Positions 26,430 to 38,878 of a DNA stretch of 64,000 nt are shown here, one piece after another. The notes under the pieces are model-generated. The model was given only the letters and a program-made list of their open reading frames with translations. It was not told where the DNA came from and ran no database searches. The translations under genes and the position numbers were made by a program. Numbering within the stretch: position 1 is the stretch's first letter; the number at the start of each line of letters is the position of its first letter. Source of the DNA: Nemertoderma westbladi (Eukaryota; Animalia; Xenacoelomorpha); the NCBI GenBank assembly GCA_032718475.1, contig JAUCBJ010003381.1:1-64000 (forward strand), given 5' to 3'.

Positions 26430-27192
26430 AAAATAACACCGGAATTTTTGATTTTGCCATTAATTTTTTTTTATAAGCGTTTTAAAAAAGTGTCTTTTGC
26501 GAAATTGCACCCTCCGTATCGTGGCCATTTTTCACATTATTCGTAATTTTATCATATCATTAAAAAGCTTGCGTTGCATGGATTCCAAAAATGTAACAAT
26601 GTCTGAATTTCGTTGAGAAACAACTGAGATATAGGCGTTCAAAGATTGCAAGAATTATTGTTCGCTGCAGGCCATTTATTATATTTAATAAATACACAAA
26701 ATTCTAGAATGTGTTATTTATTTTATGAGTTGGTCGGCAACGGCGGTATTCCTATCCAATATATCTATTGCGTAGCTATTCATACATAAACAAAATGTTC
26801 CAGAACATCGTGTATTTATTAAATAGAATAAATAGCCTTCAGCGATCGATACTTATTGCAATCTTTGAAAGCCTAATCTCAGCTGTTTCTCAACGAAATT
26901 CAGATATTGTTACATATTTGGAATCCATGCAACGCAAGCTTTTTAATGATATGAAATAATTACGACTAATATGAAGAATGGCCACGATACGGAGGGTGCA
27001 ATTTCGCAAACGACACTTTAAAACGCTTATAAAAAAATTAAAGGCAAAATCAAAAATTCCGGCTTCATGGGGTCATCGACGGTGAGTGGAACTAGTTATG
27101 TTTCAAATTTCAAGCAATATGATAAAGTTTTGTAGAAAAATCTGGGCGGGGGGTGTCATCAGAAAATGACACTATATTACGGGTCATGGTGT
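26430..27192. mobile_element. Foldback-type TIR element with long inverted arms (left end truncated); copy at 54473-55050
   Basis: GCGAAATTGCACCCTCCGTATCGTGGCCATT (~26499) is inverted at ~26977; terminus ..CATGGTG-TA. Confidence 0.7.
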
Positions 27193-27268
27193 ATATATTT
27201 AATACATTGAATGAATGAAGCAGACTGAAAGAATATTATATGGGTTTAACTTTTAAACGTATGTATTA

Positions 27269-28111
27269 CACCATGTCCTGGAATATAGTGTCGTTATTCA
27301 GGTACCTGGCCCTTCCGCCCCCCAAATTTTTCTACAAATCTTAATGAGATTGCATGAAATTTGAAACAAAGATAGTTTCACCTCCCTCCTCCTCCGTGGG
27401 GGAGCCATCATTTTTATTTTTGCTTTCATTCCTTAGCTACAAGCGTTTGAAAAGGGTATCTCCTTCGATATTTATATGCGATATTTCACCAACACTGTTG
27501 GTATTCTTCAACCTTAGTGATTTGTTGGTACTGATAGAAAGCTGGCCATGCAAGGATTCCATGTAAAAACATTTGGGCATTCGAATGTTGCATGTATTTT
27601 CATTTATTCTATTTAATAAAATAATGTAACATATTTTAGACAATTTTGAATATCCCATATGTAGCTGGGCAACAATGGAATACCTCTTTAATTATACTAT
27701 TATTATGTAGCTATTCATACATAGACAATATGTTCTAGAAACTGGTATTTTTATTTAAAATAATAAAATAGCCTCGCGCAGATGCAAAACCATGCAAGTT
27801 TTAAACGCTCATATCTCAGCTATTTTTCAACGAAATTCAGATTGTATTACATTTGGAATTTTTGTATGGTCAGCTTTCCATTAGTACCAACAAATCACTA
27901 AGGTTGACGAATAACTGCAGCGTAACTGGTGAAATATTGCCGGGGACACCATTTTTAAACGCTTTTAGCTAAAAAAAAAATAAGTGCAAAAATAAACATT
28001 CTGACTCACCCACCCACCCAGGAGGAGTTGCGTGAAACTATCTCTGCTTCAAATTTCATGCAATCTCATAACGATTTGTAAAAAAACGACACTATATTCC
28101 AGGACATGGTG
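27269..28111. mobile_element. Tc1/mariner-type MITE with TA TSD
   Basis: TA-CACCATGTCCTGGAATATAGTGTCGTT ... AACGACACTATATTCCAGGACATGGTG-TA; partial relatives at ~33057-33240 and ~750-920. Confidence 0.8.
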
Positions 28112-29852
28112 TATATTTGAGACGTCAGACTGAGTTGTTGTGATTGCAGTTATACAGCCTGCCTCTAGGTGGTAATGTGATTAGGATTAGTGATTACATC
28201 TGCTTAGATTTTGCGTATAATTCTTTCGAGTTGACACTCAATATAAGTTTATGTCACGTGATGCGCGAAGGCCTCACTTTGCGTAGAAAATGTTCATTCT
28301 GGGATGGTAATGAAGCTTCCATATAACAAAACAAGATATCTTACGGAATTTGTTTATAGCCAAGGTGTAATACGATAACATCTTCCTCTCCCGGAGTCGT
28401 GGATTATGATCCAATTATGTCCTTTCTATATAAGAAATATCTAATTTCAATGTTTCTTAATTCAGGTTTGTTTACGACTCTGGGACTCTCGTTATGCGCA
28501 AATAGTTGTTCATCATTAATGAGCGTTCATGTGCGAGTATCCTTTGGTCATGGCAATGCGGTTATATTAATTAAGTTTCATCATTAAAGTACTATATCCC
28601 ACCCGCTATGGATGCTATGGGGTGTGCATGGACAGCAAAGCCTCATATTCAATACCCCCCTCCCCCCCCCCCCCCCCCCCCCTATTTAAGTATGTATGGA
28701 GTAGCGTTGTTGTATGTAATAACTCAAGAATATTTAGTAATTACTGTGAACCTCTTCACTAGGAAATGGATTGCATGATAGCAGTACCTCGTACATCGTA
28801 CATTGCTTGTGGATTACACCACACTATGGCCATGGTCTCCTCCGGGGAGAAATTACAATGTGAAGATGTCGCAATAACTATCTTCTCTTCTATTTTTAAT
28901 ACTTCGGTAATCGTTGCTCATCAACATTACCTTGTTATCCACGCAAGGATTATCACTTTCTCTTTATAAAGTGTTAAACTTTATATGTCTTCATTTCTCA
29001 ACCTAATAAGATAAGGAAGCAGGAAGGTAGAAGGCCAAGGCTGTTGTTAGCGAATGTCATATCTTCCCTACCAGGCATCATCGTATTATTCCATGGTAGT
29101 GCATCACTGTATTCATCCCCGCTGATTTGGTATCTGGCATCCACTAATCTCAGCTTATAGAGAGGCCTTGCTACAGCAGAATCAGCTCTTCCTTACAACC
29201 CCTATTCTGACATTAATTATCCATTACAGTATGCCTCATTACCAACACTGCATGATGTACGCGGGATTTTATGGCGTATTTGAGCATGAGTCTTGGAAAA
29301 TTAGTTGAATATATAAGCATTTTGGTTAAATAAGATAGACATAGAGTCAGTTATCATCTGTGATTATTGGGAGTAAGTTTTAATATTATTGGATACAAGT
29401 CATCTCTGAGCTTCTCGATTGGTATTTTAGTTATAGTTGTACAACATTTCGGCCATATGGTGGCAATGGGGGTGGGTAGAGTTAGAAAAAACGTATCTGC
29501 CTCAACTTTAAATTACAATTTAATATTAAACAAAGAGACCTGACCCGAACCTAGTACTTTCACACAACAATCACAATATTATTTTCTTTTTGAGGGTCCC
29601 TCTTACCTACAACAACTACCTACCTCGATAAAGAAACAAATTAAATAAAAAACCAGAAAACAATAAGAAAAATCAACATATAATATAAAAGATAGCGTCT
29701 CCGGCTCCACTGTCTGCACCCAAGCCCTCATTATACAGCATTGGTCGTTGAATATTTAAAACTCTAAACATTCGATTTATGTAAATAATATCTCAATACA
29801 ATGCAAAGCTCTTAATGCTATCTCGAACAACGGTTAATATAATTAGCGTGTA

Positions 29853-30000
29853 TCTTACTGATATAGACTTTGGTGATGACATAGGGGTACTATCAGAACT
29901 ACTAGAGGGAACCCAAAGGCTCCTCTGCTCATTGGAGCAGCTTGCTTCTAGTGTTGGTCTTTTTGTAAATTCCAAAAAGACCAAAATCATGACAGTCAAC
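29853..30000 (+). mobile_element. RTE LINE reverse-transcriptase fragment
   Basis: YLTDIDFGDDIGVLSE..LEQLASSVGLFVNSKKTKIM, matching the FADD region of the 49541-50390 copy. Confidence 0.8.
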
Positions 30001-30066
30001 CTATTTTAGTATTTAGTATTCTATTCTATTCTACTTTATTATTGCTGTCTAATGCGTTTAACTTAC

Positions 30067-30342
30067 TTCAGGTATGTATAGAATGTATCTCCACAAGGTA
30101 TGTTGGGACTGTCGACTTGGCAAGCTACAGTATAAGATTTCCCTGGACAGTAGTTGGCTGCCGATATAGTCTGATGCTCAATGGTGTGAGTGTATGTTCG
30201 ACCGATGAGAGCCAGGAAATCTATAGGGCAGTTGTAAGACACAGTTTGAGTGCGATCACTAGTTTCTGGGTCAACATACCATGGCGAAATCTCGATGTTG
30301 TTAAAACGTCTGCTGTACATGAATGTTGTGTAAAATTTTGAC
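30067..30342 (-). CDS. GRAMD1: Aster/GRAMD1-like exon 3 (VASt core)
   Basis: GCAG|G SKFYTTFMYSRRFNNIEISPW..IEHQTI..YTVACQVDSPNIPCGDTFYTYL AA|GTAAGT (cf. RRFSDI..PW, VPYHDYFYT). Confidence 0.9.
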
Positions 30343-30679
30343 CTGCATACAAGGAAAATTAATTACAAAAAAATGAATTACAATAATATTTCAATTGCGG
30401 GAAAGATAATATAACTAATAATCAACAGTGGTGTATGTAATACAAAACTGCATTGGTGGGTTTGTTGTATGTGGAATTTTCTAAAATTCTATATATTTGA
30501 CCAAAAGAAAACTAACCTTCAAAGACAACTATTTTTGAGCTGAACTCTTACTTCGAATTTAGCGAGATACAGAAATGTTTTGTGATAATGTTTTGTATTA
30601 CACAAAAGGCCCTGGAATATAGTGTCTTTATTCAGTGCGCCACTATCGGTAATTTTGTATTTGTTAAGTTGTTACCTAC

Positions 30680-30890
30680 TTGGTAAACAATTTTTCGAAC
30701 ATTTCGTCAACTCCAATTGGTACTGTGTGGTTGAGCATTATGTGTCCATTTATTTCTGCCTCACTTTTCCCCACACTCCAGTTTCGCTTTGAGGGACTTG
30801 CTTTGATATCCCTCGCCATTTCTGCTTCTCTTATCGGTTTCCTTTGCAGTTGAACAGACTGAGATTGCATGAGACCAGGTTCAGTCAAAT
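30680..30890 (-). CDS. GRAMD1: Aster/GRAMD1-like exon 2 (VASt start)
   Basis: CATAG|AT..GHIMLNHTVPIGVDEMFEKLFT AA|GTAGGT; phases match the neighbouring exons. Confidence 0.85.
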
Positions 30891-31045
30891 CTATGTAACG
30901 TAAAACGATCGTATGCGAGTAGCTATGTTCGTTACAAATCTTACAATGGATATAATTTATTGATACAATATATTATAATAGATACAATAGACGCAATATT
31001 GCGTGTAACAATAGATAAAAATTAAAACTTATTTGAAGAGCTTAC

Positions 31046-31499
31046 CAGAATACGATTGCGAGAGTTTTCTTGTGTCTTTAATGGCGGGTAAATATCCGAC
31101 ACTGTTAGACTTTACGATCCCGGTTGGTTTCTTATTGTTTAGGATATCTGTCGAATCAAATAAATTATCCCTGACCTCTGTCTCTGTCCCGTTCGTAATC
31201 AGTGTCCCCTGACTCTGAATGTGACCAAAAACTATCTTGGCCCCGTCGTGAGTTGGGTCGCCTTTACTTTTTTGTATTAGGCGTCTCTTTGACGTTGATA
31301 AAGCATTGTTTATACGAGAGGCATTGTGTCGAGGGATTGGAAACTGCTTAACACTATCGTTTTGTACATCGATAAGTTTTGAATCACCTACTTTTTTCTT
31401 CCCATGTCGTCTCAACCTTGGTGAAGATATTTTCATTTTATTCATTAATTTTCTGGCATTATTATGCCTCACCGACTGTTTTGTTCTATCAGCTTCCAT
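31046..31499 (-). CDS. GRAMD1: Aster/GRAMD1-like first coding exon (basic, low-complexity N-terminus)
   Basis: ATG-initiated open frame ending TCT G|GTAAG, phase 1 compatible with exon 2; in-frame stop just upstream of the ATG. Joined CDS 1626 nt, 541 aa. Confidence 0.65.
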
Positions 31500-34400
31500 A
31501 GCGTTATAGTATATTTACACTATTGATAAATTATTAATCCAATTACATTAACTAATTAAGACTAACTAAGCAAATAAATAAATAACCTTCACTGCAGTCT
31601 ATTTCAACGTATTAGGACTTCGCTTTAGTAGGAAAGGCTTTAAAAATTGCAGTATTTTCAATTTAGAACTTATATTATAACACACAAACACAGTTGTGTT
31701 TGATGTTGTAAATAGGTTTTATTATTTTAATATCTTATAAAAAGTACTAGCTAACACAAAATCAAAATTTCTAGCACAGCTACAGTTCCGCCCGTGCCAA
31801 CATTTTCGTTGTTTTTTTTCAACAAATTTTCATGCTTTTTTGTCAGTTTTTTTTCTTGATAAATGTTATTGAACGTATATTGAGTGTTCTAGAACTTTGA
31901 TTAAAAGTTCTAGAACATTTTTATTAACAAATTCGATAAAAAAAATTCTAGAATATTTGTTCTTTTAAAAAAAATTATTGGCTAGCGTTTCGCCCGTGCC
32001 AACATTTTTATTGTGTATAGTATACTAGCTACTACTTTTTGTGTGAAGTATTCTAGGATATTTCGAAATATTTTTTTTGTTAAATAATGTTCTAGAACAT
32101 ATTATTTTTTGTTCTAGAACATTTTTAAAAATTTTATTTTTTGTATTTTTAACACTTGTTTTGTATAATTAACATATATATATAGTAATGTTATGTACTC
32201 ATGTAATAATTTATTTATATTTTATTTATATTTACTTGAGTTATATTTTGTTCTAGAACATTTTTAAAGAGTGGAAATTTTTTATTTTTTTTTATTTTTT
32301 ATTAGTTCAATGATATTGCATTCAACATTTTCATATAATATTTAAACAGTATTTGATTTAATCAACAGGGTAGGTTGCTTTTATTTCTTTATTATCTCCA
32401 TGAATGTATTTTCTATTACTCTTTTAAATTCCAGTTATTGTTAAGTGACAGTTTTTTACTTTGCAAGTAACAAAATATTCTAGAATGTCATGTTTCATTA
32501 GATACTGCATCTTATATTTTTTGAAAAAAGTAAAACTTTGCTTAAAAATAGCTAGTAAATTGTTTTTAAAACACTATCTAGACAAAAAATACTAACTACC
32601 ATAAAAAATAAATATATTTTTTGCGGCGGGATGTTCTACAACATTAATATATATGTAAAAAAAAACTGCTTAAAAATAGCTAGTAAACAATCTGAATATG
32701 GGGGGACGGGTGGTATTGATTTGGCTAGAGTTCCGCCCGCCCCTCCATTTTAATTTTATACCAAAATGTACAAGTTTGCTAGCTGTTACCTTTTAGTGTT
32801 TGTGTAAAGTGTTCTAGAACATTTTTAAAAAGTGGAAAATTACTTCGAACTTCTACTTTGAACTGTTGCCTTTTTATTTTTAAAAAATTCTACCTTGTAA
32901 AAAAAATCACTAGCTACCATAAAAAATATCCACTAAAAGGTTCTAGAACATTCACCATTATTAAAAACACAAAAAAATAATAGTAAAAAATACCAGGGCG
33001 TCACCTTTACGTCGGCGACGACAAGGGTGTCGGCAGGGCGAAGTAGTACCTGATCTACACCATGTCCCAGAATATAATGTCGTAATTCAGTGACACCCCC
33101 CCCCCCCCCCCCCCCTCCTAGTTTTTCTACAAATTGTAATGAAATTTGAAAGATAGATAGTTTCACCTCCCGACCACTGACTGGGTGAGCCAGAATTTTT
33201 ATTTTTGCTTTCAATCTTTAGCTACAAGCGTTTAAATAAAGGTCTAGAGTTCCGTATGTAGTCGCATTTGATATTTTGATATTATTTAGTGTTTTTTTTA
33301 CTAGCTAGTATTTTTTGTATTTATAAAAAAAATGTGAAAACATTTATATTTCAGGTTTAAACTGTTGCAGAATATATTAATGACCAAAAATATTGATGAT
33401 ATTATAGCAGTTTATATCTTTTTGCATGATAACAATGATTTGTTATAAAAATATAGTTTTACTTATTTAGTTTAATTACTAGCCATTTTAAATTTAAAAA
33501 ATTACTAGCTATATGTTCTATAACCATAATTTTTTTATTTTATTTTTATTCTAGAATAGTGTGTATTATATATTTCTTGTTCTAGAACTCTTCACTGTTG
33601 CCATGGTAACAATGATTTATGTTTTAAAAATGCAGTTCTATACGGAACTGTTACCAAATTAAACTGTACATTGAAAAAAAAAAAATTTCAAAAACACTAG
33701 CTTGTTAAAAAATACTACTGGTAGATACAATAAAAATTAAATATATTTTATAACCGCGTAATGTTCTGGAGCATTAATAAATGCTAAAAACCCGTTTTAC
33801 GATTAAAAAAAACACTAGCTATGTAATAAAGCACTAGCTAGCCCGGAATTGTTGCCACATAATACTCTAATACGACTTCTTTTTTAAAAAAATGTTGTGC
33901 CATACGGAACTTTTGCAATAAATATCACCACAGAAATTGTTTAATTCCGAAATTTGGCATTTTGTTGCCACAACAACCTTAGCTCTTGTCTAGAGTCTAG
34001 TGTCTATGTAGGACTATACTGCTATACATTACGTCTGTCAGAGTCTAAGTAAATCACACGTTCGTAGTTAATAGTAAAGTAGTCAAAACGTTTATTCTAG
34101 AGCCTTTAGGTTGATTTTTTGGGATGGTTTCATAAAGTCTCGTAGTCCAAACAATACATCAATAAATATTATTTCCTATTAGCTATTAGTATTATTAACT
34201 ACCGGTACCTAGTTTCTTCAGTTATTGAGGATTGGAGCTATTAGCATTCAGTGTTGCCATGACCACCATGCTGCACCTATAATTACTACGAATATTTTTA
34301 TTGTGGGATCGGTTTGATGGCAGGTGCTTGCTCTTTAGGCCTGATGTTGATACTTAAAGATTTATATTTTTTGTCGGAGTAGTAGCCATTGCATTATTAA

Positions 34401-35644
34401 TTAGTCATGCATACATTTGTTGCCTTTTACATCGCTTGGAAGTATATAGTAAATGTTTTAACTGATTCGGGTAGGTAATATTGTTGTCATCAATAATCAG
34501 ACTGATTCGCAACTGACAAAATTAAACATCGTTCATGACGATTTCGATCCTCCACGGGTGTGTTCCAGACCGTTTTTACTCACTATTATTCCAATGGGAA
34601 GTCCCATCTATTATCCCAGTCCCGGTTGGTTTCATGTTATAAGGCGGAAATAGTGTTTAATTATAAATTAAGTTTTATACAGTTCAATTAATTTTAAAAA
34701 TTTATTCAATAACCTACTTTTACATCAACATCAATCTTAAATTTCTGGTTGTATCGTAATTTAGTATTAAAATAAAACTTCCAGCCATATACATTCAATG
34801 TTTTCACTTAACATAATCACCTCGCAGAAATAATTCGACTGATGCGCCATAAGTGGGTGGTTCCTTTCCTGTGATGTTTTGCATTGTAAGTTAATAGTAA
34901 TTGAAATTGTACATTTTCAACAGTAAATGTACCACTAACATAGGGAAGCACACGAATGAACTGTCTTAACCATTCATGGGGACAATTTTTTTAATTACAT
35001 TTTACAAAACCCTAAATAATGCCCGCTGGGCATGAGACGGATTATTGATCGCAATAAAATTTCCTACCAATCACCCAAAACATTTACTATATATTATCTT
35101 GCAAGGTTCATTGAAACTACAATAGCACCATACCAAGTATTTTTAGAGTAACAATTATAAAACCAATGATATAATTTATTACTTGTCCGTTGTCCGATAC
35201 ATCTTGCTACTGTGGATGTGGTGTGGGGGAGTTTCTGGGATGACTGGGTGGGCTGTTCGTGCAGTGCAGTGCAGCGCGTGCAGTGCGTGGTAATGGAAGC
35301 ATGTGGGTGTGGGTGTTTCTGCGTGGGCTGTGCACTGCAGTGCGTGCTTACGTGGTAATGGAAGCATTAACATAAACTTCAAAGCAACACAGGAAACTAG
35401 ACGGAGTTTTGTTACTGGAGCGTGACTTTAATTAATTACAACAAGGACCACCTGTTGTCAGACTATACTGTACTGTATAGAGATAAATTTCTGAAATTCG
35501 TAAAAATATTGGTTAGCGATGTTCTCCAAGCCTCCACCACTGCAAAGTATCGTAAATATATTGCTAATCCATATTCATTGAACAATATAAATTGCACAAC
35601 CACCATTATGATTATCTACTACAACACAATGATATAGTTAGCCG

Positions 35645-38600
35645 TGCGCTGGTCATACACACATAATTAGGGTGTAAACGCTACGTCGACAACAGACAAC
35701 CACGCTGGTCAAACGCACATACTTAGGGTGTAAACGCTACGCCGACAACAGACAACCACGCTAGTCAAACACACATACTTAGGGTGTAAACGCTACGTCG
35801 ACAACAGACAACCGCGCTGGTCAAACACACATACTTAGGGTGTAAACGCTACGCCGACAACAGACAACCACGCTGGTCAAACACACATACTTAGGGTGTA
35901 AACGCTACGTCGACAACAGACAACCGCGCTGGTCAAACACACATACTTAGGGTGTAAACGCTACGCCGACAACAGACAACCACGCTGGTCAAACACACAT
36001 ACTTAGGGTGTAAACGCTACGTCGACAACAGACAACCGCGCTGGTCAAACACACATACTTAGGGTGTAAACGCTACGCCGACAACAGACAACCGCGCTGG
36101 TCAAACACACATACTTAGGGTGTAAACGCTACGCCGACAACAGACAACCACGCTGGTCAAACACACATACTTAGGGTGTAAACGCTACGTCGACAACAGA
36201 CAACCACGCTGGTCAAACGCACATACTTAGGGTGTAAACGCTACGCCGACAACAGACAACCACGCTAGTCAAACACACATACTTAGGGTGTAAACGCTAC
36301 GTCGACAACAGACAACCGCGCTGGTCAAACACACATACTTAGGGTGTAAACGCTACGCCGACAACAGACAACCAAGCTGGTCATACACCATACTTAGGGT
36401 GTAAACGCTACGCCGACAACAGACAACCACGCTGGTCATACACACATACTTAGGGTGTAAACGCTACGCCGACAACAGACAACCACGCTGGTCATACACA
36501 CATACTTAGGGTGTAAACGCTACGTCGACAACAGACAACCGCGCTGGTCAAACACACATACTTAGGGTGTAAACGCTACGCCGACAACAGACAACCACGC
36601 TGGTCAAACACACATACTTAGGGTGTAAACGCTACGCCGACAACAGACAACCGCGCTGGTCAAACACACATATTTAGGGTGTAAACGCTACGTCGACAAC
36701 AGACAACCACGCTGGTCATACACCATACTTAGGGTGTAAACGCTACGTCGACAACAGACAACCGCGCTGGTCATACACACATAATTAGGGTGTAACCGCT
36801 ACGCCGACAACAGACAACAATGCTGGTCATACACACATACTTAGGGTGTAAACGCTACGCCGACAACAGACAACCACGCTGGTCAAACACACATACTTAG
36901 GGTGTAAACGCTACGTCGACAACAGACAACCGCGCTGGTCATACACACATAATTAGGGTGTAACCGCTACGCCGACAACAGACAACCACGCTGGTCAAAC
37001 ACACATACTTAGGGTGTAAACGCTACGTCGACAACAGACAACCACGCTGGTCAAACGCACATACTTAGGGTGTAAACGCTACGTCGACAACAGACAACCA
37101 CGCTGGTCATACACCATACTTAGGGTGTAAACGCTACGTCGACAACAGACAACCACGCTGGTCAAACACACATTCTGGGGGTGTAAACGCTACGCCAACA
37201 ACAGACAACCACTCTGGTCATACACACATAATTAGGGTGTAAACGCTACGTCGACAACAGACAACCACGCTAGTCAAACACACATACTTAGGGTGTAAAC
37301 GCTACGCCGACAACAGACAACCACGCTGGTCAAACACATATACTTAGGGTGTAAACGCTACGTCGACAACAGGCAACCACGCTGGTCAAACACACATATT
37401 TAGGGTGTAAACGCTACGCCGACAACAGACAACCACGCTGGTCAAACACACATACTTAGGGTGTAAACGCTACGTCGACAGCAGACAACCACGCTGGTCA
37501 AACACACATACTTAGGGTGTAAACGCTACGTCGACAACAGACAACCACGCTGGTCAAACACACATACTTAGGGTGTAAACGCTACGTCGACAACAGACAA
37601 CCACGCTGGTCAAACACACATACTTAGGGTGTAAACGCTACGTCGACAACAGACAACCACGCTGGTCATACACCATACTTAGGGTGTAAACGCTACGCCG
37701 ACAACAGACAACCACGCTGGTCATACCACATACTGGGGGTGTAAATGCTACGCCAACAACAGACAACCACTCTGGTCATACACACATACTTAGGGTGTAA
37801 ACGCTACGTCGACAACAGACAACCACGCTAGTCAAACACACATACTTAGGGTGTAAACGCTACGCCGACAACAGACAACCACGCTGGTCAAACACACATA
37901 CTTAGGGTGTAAACGCTACGTCGACAACAGACAACCGCGCTGGTCAAACACACATACTTAGGGTGTAAACGCTACGCCGACAACAGACAACCGCGCTGGT
38001 CAAACACACATACTTATGGTGTAAACGCTTCGTCGACAACAGACAACCACGCTGGTCAAACACACATACTTGGGTGTAAACGCTACGTCGACAACAGACA
38101 ACCACGCTGGTCATACACCATACTTAGGGTGTAAACGCTACGTCGACAACAGACAACCACGCTGGTCAAACACACATACTTAGGGTGTAAACGCTACGTC
38201 GACAACAGACAACCACGCTGGTCAAACACACATACTTAGGGTGTAAACGCTACGCCGACAACAGACAACTACGCTGGTCATACACGCATACTTAGGGTGT
38301 AAACGCTACGCCGACAACAGACAACCAAGCTGGCCATACACACATACTTAGGGTGTAAACGCTACGCCGACAACAGACAACCACGCTGGTCAAACACACA
38401 TACTTGGGTGTAAACGCTACGTCGACAACAGACAACCACGCTGGTCATACACCATACTTAGGGTGTAAACGCTACGTCGACAACAGACAACCACGCTGGT
38501 CAAACACACATACTTAGGGTGTAAACGCTACTTCGACAACAGACAACCACGCTGGTCATACACCATACTTAGGGTGTAAACGCTACGTCGACAACAGACA

Positions 38601-38878
38601 ACCACGCTGGTCAAACACACATACTTAGGGTGTAAACGCTACGTCGACAACAGACAACCACGCTGTTCAAACACACATACTTAGGGTGTAAACGCTACGC
38701 CGACAACAGACAACTACGCTGGTCATACACGCATACTTAGGGTGTAAACGCTACGCCGACAACAGACAACCAAGCTGGCCATACACACATACTTAGGGTG
38801 TAAACGCTACGCCGACAACAGACAACCACGCTGGTCATACACGGATAATTAGGGCTACGCCGACAACAGACAACCACG
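35645..38878. repeat. 56-bp minisatellite, ~57 copies
   Basis: Unit ACACATACTTAGGGTGTAAACGCTACG(T/C)CGACAACAGACAACCACGCTGGTCAAAC. Confidence 0.98.
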
